Shown piece by piece: positions 23,569-32,277 of a stretch of DNA of 64,000 nt. Location of the stretch: positions 82,004-146,003 of IMG/VR virus record IMGVR_UViG_3300009008_000004; one strand, written 5' to 3'. The notes under the pieces were generated by a model. The model was not told the DNA's origin. It saw only the letters and a list, made by a program, of their open reading frames with translations, and did no database searches. The translations under genes and the position numbers were made by a program. This DNA comes from a virus. Its lineage: Duplodnaviria > Heunggongvirae > Uroviricota > Caudoviricetes. How positions within the stretch are numbered: the stretch's first letter is position 1; every line of letters starts with the position of its first letter.

Positions 23569-24922
23569 GTTCCCGGAAAACCTGGGCCCGGGCGGGGTAG
23601 ACCCCTCAACTACGTATCGAAGTGGCATGCTTTGGCTACCAAAGACCAAGGTGAATGTTACGGCGATTCGTTCTGCCTGCACCATCCTGGGAGTTGATGA
23701 CCGAACGAAGAAGGAATATTCCATTTCTATGTATGAGGAGACTGACGACCATATCCTCGTGCCGAGGGAGCTATTCCCCTACGAACGGTTACCCACACCA
23801 GTGATAGACTTGGTTGTCGAGGGAACCAGTTACCCCTTCCTGGATCAGATCGCACTCCGGAGTAACCAGGGTAAGGCCTGGGAAGACCTGTACTTTGCTC
23901 GTGGCGGAGTCCTAAACCTGGGCTGCGGCAAAGGAAAGACCGTCTTAGCGTTGAAGAAGATCGCTGCGGTGGGCCGCGCAGCAATTGTCATCATCCCGAA
24001 TACCGGGCTGATGGAGCAGTGGAGAAAAGAAGCGGAGACACACCTGTGGTTAGCCCCCAAAGAGATCGGGATCATCCAGCAGGACCGCTTCGAGTGGGAC
24101 CGGCCCTTTGTAATTGCCTCCTTGCAGACTTTAGCAAGGCGAGCGCGGGATGGACAAATCCCGGACGGAATCAGAACCCACTTTGGCCTGGCTGTATGGG
24201 ACGAGGTACACCACCTTTCAGCACCGCTGTTTTCTCAGACAGCCCCACTATTCTTGGGCCGCAGACTCGGATTATCCGCAACACCAAAGCGGAGTGATGG
24301 GTTAGAGGTCATCTACCTCGCCCATCTCGGAGGAATATTCCATTCAGATATTTCTCATGAGATTACACCTCGCATCTACTTCCACAAGTTGGATACCCAG
24401 CTAAGTATGTTTGATGAGCGGATCTTGGATAAGATCGGCAACTTCAATGTAGGAAAATTCTGGCGTACCCTTGGGGAAGACCTTTCCAGAAATAAGGCAA
24501 TCATTGCACAGATCCAGCAGGCCCAGGGGAACGGCCGAAAGATTCTTGCTCTGAGCCACTCAAAAGCACACGTCGAGTTACTGAATCAGGCGGTACCCTA
24601 CTCCGGGCTTATCGACGGAGAAGTACCACAAAACGAACGACAGAGTATCCTGAAACGAAACAAGGTAGTTTTCGCAACTACACAGGTAGCTCAAGAAGGG
24701 TTAGACGCCCCGATGCTCGACACCGTGTTTTTCTTGACCCCATTCAAGGAGTGGAATATTGTCCAGCAAGGCGTTGGACGTGCCTTACGATCCCATGACG
24801 ATAAGCGGCACCCGGTCGCAGTATTCTTCTGGGATTACCAGGTTCCCGCGGCAAATGCTATGTGTAGAACATTGATGAGAGAAATGAGGAATCGTGGCTG
24901 GCAATTCAAAGTCACCGAGTAG
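23543..24922 (+). CDS. SF2 DExH helicase (UvsW/XPB/A18-like)
   Basis: Motifs LRSNQ, GCGKGKT, WDEVHH, GLSATP, QEGLDAP, QQGVGRALR. The true start may be GTG 23561. Confidence 0.9.
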   Translation: MKRTERVSKFPENLGPGGVDPSTTYRSGMLWLPKTKVNVTAIRSACTILGVDDRTKKEYSISMYEETDDHILVPRELFPYERLPTPVIDLVVEGTSYPFLDQIALRSNQGKAWEDLYFARGGVLNLGCGKGKTVLALKKIAAVGRAAIVIIPNTGLMEQWRKEAETHLWLAPKEIGIIQQDRFEWDRPFVIASLQTLARRARDGQIPDGIRTHFGLAVWDEVHHLSAPLFSQTAPLFLGRRLGLSATPKRSDGLEVIYLAHLGGIFHSDISHEITPRIYFHKLDTQLSMFDERILDKIGNFNVGKFWRTLGEDLSRNKAIIAQIQQAQGNGRKILALSHSKAHVELLNQAVPYSGLIDGEVPQNERQSILKRNKVVFATTQVAQEGLDAPMLDTVFFLTPFKEWNIVQQGVGRALRSHDDKRHPVAVFFWDYQVPAANAMCRTLMREMRNRGWQFKVTE

Positions 24923-25652
24923 TCCAATGGAAAAGACTGCTCACGAGAGTGCACTTACGGAGCTCTGCTCCGCATGGATGGATTGTAAGGCGTGTTCTTT
25001 GTATGCCGATCGGTACCGCCTGGTACCGGGGCAGGGGCCTGTTCCCGCAGACGTAGCTATTGTGGGAGGAGCCCCGGATCGCCACGAAGATGAAGAAGGT
25101 AAACCATTTGTAGGAGCTTCAGGGGAACTTCTGGACCTCCTCCTCGACACAGCCGGCTTCAGCCGGAAGGAGGTATTTCTCACAAACGCAGTAGCGTGTA
25201 TGACACCGAACAGCCAAATTCCTTCACGAAAACAGTTGAAGGCATGTAAGCCACGCTTGATGGATGAGTTACGTATAGCGGATCCGCTACTTATCATTAC
25301 GATGGGTGAGGTCGCTACTACAGCTTTGTTCGGGAAAAGCGTGCTGATGTACGAGGTAGCCGGGAAATTCCGCACAATGGACCTCCAGGGACGGTATGGT
25401 AAGTGGCGCACTACGGTGCTCCCGACATACCACCCTGCGTACATCCTACGACAAGGGGGCGCATCGCAGGATGAAGCCGCCAAAGAAACGTTCGGACACA
25501 TTTGTTCCGCAGTGGAGTCACTGCAAAAGTATGAGATGCTACGGAGGAAAGCGTATGGCAACACGAATGCAGAAAGCCGCGGAGGGGGCTACCTCGAGGC
25601 GGCGGAGAACCCAGAAGTTCAACCAACTGAAGACAGTTACCCAGAAGCTTGA
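24894..25652 (+). CDS. Uracil-DNA glycosylase, family 4 (Fe-S)
   Basis: CxxC + C + C ligands, GGAPDRHED, PFVG, TNAVAC, TYHPAY. Alternative start ATG 24927. Confidence 0.88.
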   Translation: MAGNSKSPSSPMEKTAHESALTELCSAWMDCKACSLYADRYRLVPGQGPVPADVAIVGGAPDRHEDEEGKPFVGASGELLDLLLDTAGFSRKEVFLTNAVACMTPNSQIPSRKQLKACKPRLMDELRIADPLLIITMGEVATTALFGKSVLMYEVAGKFRTMDLQGRYGKWRTTVLPTYHPAYILRQGGASQDEAAKETFGHICSAVESLQKYEMLRRKAYGNTNAESRGGGYLEAAENPEVQPTEDSYPEA

Positions 25653-26013
25653 AGCCTTCAGGGCCCAGCACGCTGCGGTCCTTGAAGAGCTCGGGGAATT
25701 GGCGAAGGAGTACAACGCCGCCCTCTCCGACGTTGAGAAGCACCTGAGGGCCAACCCAGAAAAGATTCACATTGGGGCTTTCAAGTCATACTTCAAGCGG
25801 AGTACACCCCAAATCGATTTCACCCAGATCATCCTCAATGCACCCGGGATTCTCACCGAACCGGGAGTAGTTACCAGGATTGATGTGGACCAGGCGCAAA
25901 TTGCAGCAGAGCGGCTCAAATGCGAAGATGAGCTCAAAGCCGCAGTAACCGAGACGGAGACCATGGCTCTGTCGAAACCAAAAGCACTCCAGTTGGAGTG
26001 GACGCGGGAGTAG
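25555..26013 (+). CDS. Coiled-coil hypothetical protein (Gam/Gp157-like shape, weak)
   Basis: 152 aa from ATG 25555 with GGAGG SD 7 nt upstream. Helical N-half. Confidence 0.6.
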   Translation: MATRMQKAAEGATSRRRRTQKFNQLKTVTQKLEAFRAQHAAVLEELGELAKEYNAALSDVEKHLRANPEKIHIGAFKSYFKRSTPQIDFTQIILNAPGILTEPGVVTRIDVDQAQIAAERLKCEDELKAAVTETETMALSKPKALQLEWTRE

Positions 26014-26016
26014 CCC

Positions 26017-26388
26017 ATGTCAGAGAAAGTGCAGTTCGCTGCTACCGTATCTTCTAAAACAGAGCCCGATCTGTGGGCGCAGTGGCGCAAGAAGTACAAC
26101 AACACCCTAACTGACTTCTCCGCAGGAGAGGCCAGGGTGGAGGAATCCGTGCTCTACAGGGAAACGCATAAACTGATTGTCCCGATCGCCGGCGGCGCTC
26201 GAGAACAGTTTGTCTCCCTCGAGTTTTCCTCCAAGGTTGGGCTGAATGCGCCACACACCGCAGACGGCGTACTCCAGGGGCAGTCGCTGGCAAGGGAGCT
26301 GGCGATGCATACACAGTTCGAGTGGATCGACGTAGCAAGGAAAGAGCTGCTCGACTTCGCTCGAGATCGACTCAAGAAGGGAAGCTAA
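26017..26388 (+). CDS. Hypothetical protein
   Basis: 123-aa ORF coupled to both neighbours. Confidence 0.7.
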   Translation: MSEKVQFAATVSSKTEPDLWAQWRKKYNNTLTDFSAGEARVEESVLYRETHKLIVPIAGGAREQFVSLEFSSKVGLNAPHTADGVLQGQSLARELAMHTQFEWIDVARKELLDFARDRLKKGS

Positions 26389-26699
26389 TGAAAACTGGCT
26401 TGGTGTCGAACCTATCAAAAGTCTTCCTGATGAGCCTCCAAATGGATATGGACCCGAAGCGGCAAGCATCGGGTCGTATCCGTCTTGGTTTGCTCGGGCC
26501 GGACGACTTCTTGGTCCCCGTTGAGTTTCCCCTGCCACCGGAGCTGTCCACCGCTATCAATGCCTTTGTGGATGAGGTAGAGGAATGGGCAGCCCGGCAA
26601 CACGTTCTGTTCTCCGCAACCCAGAAGAATAATACGGTGGTGTCTGAGTTCGATGATTCTCCACCAAAGAATCTTCTGGTAACTGAGGAGGATTCGTAA
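26388..26699 (+). CDS. Hypothetical protein (start at TAATG overlap)
   Basis: 103 aa from MKTGLVSN. Its stop is adjacent to the dnaB start. Confidence 0.65.
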   Translation: MKTGLVSNLSKVFLMSLQMDMDPKRQASGRIRLGLLGPDDFLVPVEFPLPPELSTAINAFVDEVEEWAARQHVLFSATQKNNTVVSEFDDSPPKNLLVTEEDS

Positions 26700-26700
26700 C

Positions 26701-28128
26701 GTGAGCGCCTGGGGACTCCAACTGGTAACTGCAATTGTGGAATCGCCTGATCCGCGGGCGGCATTTTTGCATATACTGGAGGACCAAAAGATAACGCCAC
26801 AGCATTTCCTAAATGCAGAAGCCCGGGGAGCCTATGAGTTCATCAACTATTGGTTCCACCGACCTACTGAGTTTGGGCATGTTCCGTCTCGGCAACGCTT
26901 AGAAGAGCAGTTCCCGCAAATGACTTTCCCGCCCGCCCAAGAGCCCCTCAAGGATTTGGGGAAGACAGTGCGGCAAGAATTCCTTCGCCGGCAGCTACAG
27001 GCTATCCGGGAGGAATTCAAGGTACAGTTGCAGGAAGCAGAGCCGGAAGAAGCACTTAATTTCCTCAGAGACCGCATTGGACACCTCGATGAACAGCATG
27101 TGGTGGACAACGATGTAGACTTTAGCACCTCCGGCCCCCAGATTGTCGCAGATTATCTGAAACAAATAACGACATCTGGTGGGCTCTTGGGTATCCCGTG
27201 GCCCTGGGATCAGCTGAATGAGGCCACACAGGGGATGCAGAAGGAAGATTTGATTGTCTTCTTCGGACTACCGAAGAGCATGAAGACCTGGCTGGTGCTG
27301 TACCTGACCATACACCTCATAGAGCACAACTATAAGGTCTTGGTATTCTCTCGGGAGATGAGTGCGACTACCATGTCACTCCGGTGTGCATCGGTGATGG
27401 CCAAACTCAACTACTCGCGGCTTAGAGCCGGTAACCTCTCTTTAGAGGAGTATACCGACCTCGCCTGCGCAATGGATCGCTTGGAAAAGAAAATTGGGAG
27501 CGGTAAGCTGATGTTTACCCGCGCCTCGAAGGCCGATGGAAGTCCCGGTGGTGTCTCTGATATCCAACGGAAAGTCCAGCGGTATCGTCCCGATCTTGTA
27601 GTTCTTGATAGCGCGTATATGATGACGAATGACCGTGCAGGCGGTCATTCCCTAAAATGGGGCGACCTTGCAGCCATCTCACAGGATGTAAAACAGATGG
27701 CTACAACAGCTGGTGTGCCCACTATCATGATCTGGCAAGAGAACGAATCTAAGGCCATGAAGTTCAAAGGGTCTGGGGCTCGTGGGACTGCTTCTTTGGC
27801 CATGGCGTCGCAGCTGGTGTATTACTGCGATATGGCCATACGATGTGTTTTGCAGGAGGAGAAGCAAGAACTCTCCCTGCACTTAGCAGCAACTCGTGAA
27901 TTCAAACACCCGGGATTCACAATCCACGCTAAACCGGGGCACAACTTCTCGTTCATCTCCTATGACCTACATGATGTAGCGGAGAAGAGCACGGGAGATC
28001 CCGGCACAGCAGCACATGTTCCAAAGGACCAACTTGCAGCTCTATCCGCAGCAACGCACCTGCTAAGCACCGCGGAAACCGAGCATTGCCTAAACCCGAA
28101 TACGGAGGGAGGCGATGCTGGTACGTAG
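26701..28128 (+). CDS. dnaB: Replicative DnaB-like helicase
   Basis: LGIPWPWDQLNEATQGM, P-loop GLPKSMKT, FSREM, VVLDSAY, ISQDVKQMA..Q, DMAI. Adjacent to the primase. Confidence 0.88.
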   Translation: MSAWGLQLVTAIVESPDPRAAFLHILEDQKITPQHFLNAEARGAYEFINYWFHRPTEFGHVPSRQRLEEQFPQMTFPPAQEPLKDLGKTVRQEFLRRQLQAIREEFKVQLQEAEPEEALNFLRDRIGHLDEQHVVDNDVDFSTSGPQIVADYLKQITTSGGLLGIPWPWDQLNEATQGMQKEDLIVFFGLPKSMKTWLVLYLTIHLIEHNYKVLVFSREMSATTMSLRCASVMAKLNYSRLRAGNLSLEEYTDLACAMDRLEKKIGSGKLMFTRASKADGSPGGVSDIQRKVQRYRPDLVVLDSAYMMTNDRAGGHSLKWGDLAAISQDVKQMATTAGVPTIMIWQENESKAMKFKGSGARGTASLAMASQLVYYCDMAIRCVLQEEKQELSLHLAATREFKHPGFTIHAKPGHNFSFISYDLHDVAEKSTGDPGTAAHVPKDQLAALSAATHLLSTAETEHCLNPNTEGGDAGT

Positions 28129-29164
28129 TGAGATAGTTGCGATGCTTGAGCATAAGTTACGCATTATAGACCACACCGGTGAGAACCTGGCGTGTATCTG
28201 CCCATTCCATAAGGGTGGGCGAGAAAGCAGGCCATCGTTCTACGTCTATGTTGGTCCTGTCTATGGAACCAAGGTTCCGGGGATGGCCTTCTGCCACACC
28301 TGTAATCGCGGTTGGTCTTTGAAGGGTCTGCTGAAAGACCTTGGCACCCCTTTGAAGAGAATCGATGCCCTCACCAAGGATATCCCTACTGTGGGGGAGC
28401 GCATCACACCGATCCGGTATGCAAAGGGGCTCACCTTCGATAATCCGGTTCTACCTGAAGGTCTGCTGGGGGTATATGATAGCTGCCCGGTGGATCTCCT
28501 GGATGCCGGGTTTGAGATGAGCATCTTGCGCAAATACGAGATCGGGTTCGATCCGTTCCTCGACCGCATCACTTTCCCGTTGCGGGACCACAAAGGCAAT
28601 CTCATTGGAATATCCGGCCGCTCAGTAGCGAAGTTCCCGAAGTACAGATACCACTTGTACCGGGGGGATGACCTGCGAAAGGCCGGAGACGACGACAAAG
28701 AGTTGGCGCGGGCCTGTTCCGGGTATAAGCTATTCAAAGGACGGTTCCTTTGGAACCTCCACTCGATGTACACAACAGCTATCATGGGATCTATCCCGTA
28801 CGTTATTGTTGTAGAAGGGTTCAAGCAGGCCATGTGGCTCGCCCAGGCTGGGTGGGACTACACAGTTGCATTGATGGGTTCGCATATGTCTCGGGAACAG
28901 GCGACTCTTCTGATGCGGCTGGGGGCACCTGTCTACATCTTTCTCGACAATGATGCTGCGGGGCAGCAGTCAGCACCGAAGCTGGTGAAGTGGTTGCGCC
29001 GGCAAAGTCCTGACATCTACCAAGTAACGTACCCTGTGGGTACTGAGGATCTCTCCCCGGATGACTTCCGGCCGGAGGATCTATCGTCAATCCTAACAAT
29101 AGTGGGGCAACAGAATGGACAAGTTGCAAGCATTCACCAAGAAGTTCAACAAACAGAAGGCTAA
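28115..29164 (+). CDS. dnaG: DnaG-type DNA primase
   Basis: CPFH...CHTC zinc finger, RITFPLRD..G...GISGR, TOPRIM VVEG and FLDNDAAG. Confidence 0.88.
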   Translation: MLVRSEIVAMLEHKLRIIDHTGENLACICPFHKGGRESRPSFYVYVGPVYGTKVPGMAFCHTCNRGWSLKGLLKDLGTPLKRIDALTKDIPTVGERITPIRYAKGLTFDNPVLPEGLLGVYDSCPVDLLDAGFEMSILRKYEIGFDPFLDRITFPLRDHKGNLIGISGRSVAKFPKYRYHLYRGDDLRKAGDDDKELARACSGYKLFKGRFLWNLHSMYTTAIMGSIPYVIVVEGFKQAMWLAQAGWDYTVALMGSHMSREQATLLMRLGAPVYIFLDNDAAGQQSAPKLVKWLRRQSPDIYQVTYPVGTEDLSPDDFRPEDLSSILTIVGQQNGQVASIHQEVQQTEG

Positions 29165-30197
29165 GCAGCCGAAAGGTGGGGGCGGTGATCGCAAGGCCCC
29201 GGCTTGGGCCCAAAGAAGAAAGGCGATCCGCATGGGACCCACTCCCGTCTGGGTGTGGCTCTATCCCGGGGAGTATGAGGATGGGATGCCCTTGTATGAG
29301 TACTGGGCAACCTGGCTGAAAAGAGATGGTAGAAATCGTTTCATCCTCTGCAACTGTCACGGAGGGCAGAGGGAGGGGGCGAAATGTCTCCTGTGCCATA
29401 AGATGCAGGAAGAAGAGAACGATCATTACATTCCGAAACCGAGAGTGGCGATCAATGCAATCGAGCTTGCGGACTTCCACAAGATCGAGAAGAAGAGTGA
29501 GAAGGGCACCGTTTGGTACGAATACGAACGTTGTGCCGGTACCGACGCACTCGGCCGGAATTTGTGTAAATATTGCGATGCGAAGATCGAGACCGTCTAC
29601 GGTCGCCGCGGGTTTTTGAACCTTGGAAAGGGCTACTGGAACAACTTCCAGAAAGTCATGGAAGAGGCCCGTAAGATCTGCAAGACCTGTGGTGGGAGCC
29701 TTCATCTGCTTCGGTATGTGTGTGCTGAGTGCGACGAGGTATTCCTCGACCCGGCAAAGAGCACCGTTACCGAGGAACAGCGGCAGGAGATGGAAACCAA
29801 GGATACCGTATGCCCGATGTGCGTACACAAGGGCCCGGCCAAAAAGGTCGTCGGTTGTTTCAAGAAGGACGAGGATACGGATAAGTTCGTGAAGGGTTGT
29901 GATACACCCATCCCCTCCGACATCTTCGACTTCCCACTCCTCCTTTCCATTGAAGGTGAAGGACCCGGCAGCACACTGACTTGCGACGTCCAGCAGATGG
30001 AACCGCAGGAAATGCCGGATGAGGTCCAGGCCATGATGGTGCCTTACGACTTCGAGTCCTTCTTCGGAGAGATGCCTGTTACCGAGCAGGCAAACATCAT
30101 GGGCGTAAATGAAGTTCCCAAGCATCTGCTTGCGGAATCTGAAGGTGGGGACGCTTCCGCCGAGCCGAGTAAGCCCAAGACCATCAACTACGAGTAG
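29115..30197 (+). CDS. Single-stranded DNA-binding protein (gp32-like) with multiple Zn sites
   Basis: 360 aa between primase and polymerase, 16 Cys mostly in CxxC pairs, IEGEGPGSTL OB-like segment, acidic C-terminus. Confidence 0.6.
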   Translation: MDKLQAFTKKFNKQKAKQPKGGGGDRKAPAWAQRRKAIRMGPTPVWVWLYPGEYEDGMPLYEYWATWLKRDGRNRFILCNCHGGQREGAKCLLCHKMQEEENDHYIPKPRVAINAIELADFHKIEKKSEKGTVWYEYERCAGTDALGRNLCKYCDAKIETVYGRRGFLNLGKGYWNNFQKVMEEARKICKTCGGSLHLLRYVCAECDEVFLDPAKSTVTEEQRQEMETKDTVCPMCVHKGPAKKVVGCFKKDEDTDKFVKGCDTPIPSDIFDFPLLLSIEGEGPGSTLTCDVQQMEPQEMPDEVQAMMVPYDFESFFGEMPVTEQANIMGVNEVPKHLLAESEGGDASAEPSKPKTINYE

Positions 30198-30201
30198 AGC
30201 T

Positions 30202-32100
30202 ATGCTACGCGCCGGAAATCTACTGCCAAAACCTATTACTATCCGGACGCAGAGCCAGCTTGAGCAGGCAGTAGCAGAACTGTGGGATGCCCCGATGTTG
30301 GCGTACGATACCGAAACCACCGGTCTCAGCCGACCTCGGGACATCGCCCGGTTCCTGGCATTGTCAGATGGTAAGCGCCGCTATTGTATTGGTCCAGAGC
30401 TCATCATGGCCGACGAGGTCAAGTTGTTGATGGAGAAGCCAGACCAAAAGCTAATTGCGCACAATGCCAACTTCGACGCCTGGATGATGCATAACATAAA
30501 TGTGCACGTATACCGGATTCCCGAGCGGACATACGACACGGCTGTAATGCACCTACTCTATGATGATCTCTCCCCGCACAGCCTGGACGTTGTTGCCAGC
30601 CAACTGGTCAACATCCATAAGTACTCTTTCACCACAGCTTTCCCAGAAGCTAAGAAAGAGAGGGGAATCAAGATCGGGGAAATGTTGGACAAGATTTGGG
30701 CGACCGACCCAGAACGCGTTAGCCACTACGCCTCCCTCGATGCTTACGCTACGTACAAGGTATTCATCAAACTGCGGGAGCTTCTGCAGGGGATGAAGAT
30801 CATGGACGAGCAAACACTGTGGGACTACTACTGCACCTATGAGCTCCCGTTCACCAGCGTACTACTCAGCATGGAAATGACGGGGGTTGAGGTGGACATG
30901 ACCACCCTGCAAGCAATGCGACCGGACTTGGACCAAAGAGAGCATGATCTTCGGCGCTGGTTCGCAAAAGAGGCAGGTACACTGGTTCGACCGACAGGTA
31001 AGAAGATATCGGAATTCTTTTTCGATAATCTCAAGCTTCCCCCACTCAAACTCTCGGAAGAGACAGGTGTCCCTTCCCTAGATAAAGAAACTTTGAAGAT
31101 GTGGGCTGCTACCGGTAGCGAGCATGCGCAAAAGCTTCTGGAGTGGAGGCAAACTATCGACATGCGCACACGATATGTCGCTAACCTGGAAAACCTGGTC
31201 CACAAAAAGACAGGGCGGTTGCACACGACGTTCAATCAGCACATTGTGAAGACCGGGCGTTTGAGTAGTTCTGACCCAAACCTGCAGAACCAGCCCCCGG
31301 AAGTACGCAAGGTCTTTGTAGCCAGTAAGGGCAAACGCCTGCTGGTTATGGACTATGGACAGGTGGAGTGGCGAATAACCGCGTATCTCTCCGGTGATGT
31401 TCGGATGACCAAGGACATACAAGAGGGGAAGGATGCCCATGCTGCAACCGCGGCTGCGATGTTCGAGGTTCCATATGAGGACGTTATTGCGGCTAAAAAG
31501 GTAGAGGATGAGGAACTACTTACTGAACGGCAAGTACAACTTCTCCGTCTAAGGTCCTTGGCTAAGACACTTAACTTCGGAATTCTTTACGGAGAAGGCC
31601 CACACAAGCTGTCGCAACAGTTGGGTATTACCGTAGACGAAGCTAAGAGCCTGTTACGTAAGTTCCGAGAAACTTACCCGGAGCTACACAAGTACTTCCG
31701 TGATACGATCAATCTGGCCACAGAGATGGGCTACTGCCAAACACTCTTGGGCCGTCCCCGGCAGCTCCCTAACCTGGGTTCTGCCAACCGTGCCAGAGCA
31801 GCCAGTGACGAACGTCGAGCGAAGAATAGCCCAATCCAGGGTTCTGCCGCAGACATCATCAAAGCCGCAATGGTAAATCTATGGAGAAACAAGTATTTCA
31901 CCTCCGGGCAAGCTACGATTTTGCTGCAGGTGCACGACGAGCTTGTTATCGAAATAGACGAAGAGTTAGAGCACGATGAAGCGTTCAATACTACAGTGGA
32001 TTACCACATGAAAAACCCGCTGGGACCACTCACATTGGGCCCAGATATTCCGCTTACAATTGATAAGGCGTATGCGGACAATTGGAGGGAGGGGAAGTAG
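30202..32100 (+). CDS. polA: DNA polymerase family A with 3'-5' exonuclease
   Basis: Exo motifs YDTETTG, HNANFD, YASLDA. Pol motifs TGRLSSSDPNLQN, DYGQVEWR, KTLNFGILYG, QVHDEL. No 5'-3' exo domain. Start revised to ATG 30202. Confidence 0.95.
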   Translation: MLRAGNLLPKPITIRTQSQLEQAVAELWDAPMLAYDTETTGLSRPRDIARFLALSDGKRRYCIGPELIMADEVKLLMEKPDQKLIAHNANFDAWMMHNINVHVYRIPERTYDTAVMHLLYDDLSPHSLDVVASQLVNIHKYSFTTAFPEAKKERGIKIGEMLDKIWATDPERVSHYASLDAYATYKVFIKLRELLQGMKIMDEQTLWDYYCTYELPFTSVLLSMEMTGVEVDMTTLQAMRPDLDQREHDLRRWFAKEAGTLVRPTGKKISEFFFDNLKLPPLKLSEETGVPSLDKETLKMWAATGSEHAQKLLEWRQTIDMRTRYVANLENLVHKKTGRLHTTFNQHIVKTGRLSSSDPNLQNQPPEVRKVFVASKGKRLLVMDYGQVEWRITAYLSGDVRMTKDIQEGKDAHAATAAAMFEVPYEDVIAAKKVEDEELLTERQVQLLRLRSLAKTLNFGILYGEGPHKLSQQLGITVDEAKSLLRKFRETYPELHKYFRDTINLATEMGYCQTLLGRPRQLPNLGSANRARAASDERRAKNSPIQGSAADIIKAAMVNLWRNKYFTSGQATILLQVHDELVIEIDEELEHDEAFNTTVDYHMKNPLGPLTLGPDIPLTIDKAYADNWREGK

Positions 32101-32277
32101 ATGGAAAAATATGGAGTAGAGACCGACCCCGCATTGGAGAAGGCGGCAGGAGTAGGAGCCACCTGCCCGGTGTGCGGAGCAAAGACAGAGCAACACGGGC
32201 CAGTTACAAAGTGCCCCGCCTGCGGCACAAAACCCTTCGAGAAAACTGATGGTAGCAAAGAAAAAGAAGAGGGGTAG
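32101..32277 (+). CDS. 58-aa Zn-ribbon protein (below the track cutoff)
   Basis: MEKYGVETDPALEKAAGVGATCPVCG...KCPACGTKPFEK. Starts right after the polA stop with a GGAGGG SD. Confidence 0.75.
   Translation: MEKYGVETDPALEKAAGVGATCPVCGAKTEQHGPVTKCPACGTKPFEKTDGSKEKEEG

Noticed and set aside
24894-25652. UDG as an inactive or base-modification-related variant (GGAPD instead of GEAPG)
   Set aside because: The Fe-S Cys residues, downstream Glu, Phe, Asn and His are all retained, so an ordinary family-4 UDG is the simpler reading.
28821-30344. 507-aa minus-strand ORF
   Set aside because: It is the antisense shadow of the primase end and SSB. It has no motifs and no SD, and shows the typical mirror composition.
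3529-32100. Inteins or group I introns in terL, RNAP, dnaB or polA
   Set aside because: No unexplained large inserts, LAGLIDADG/HNH motifs or C...HN splice junctions were seen, and the motif spacing is compact.
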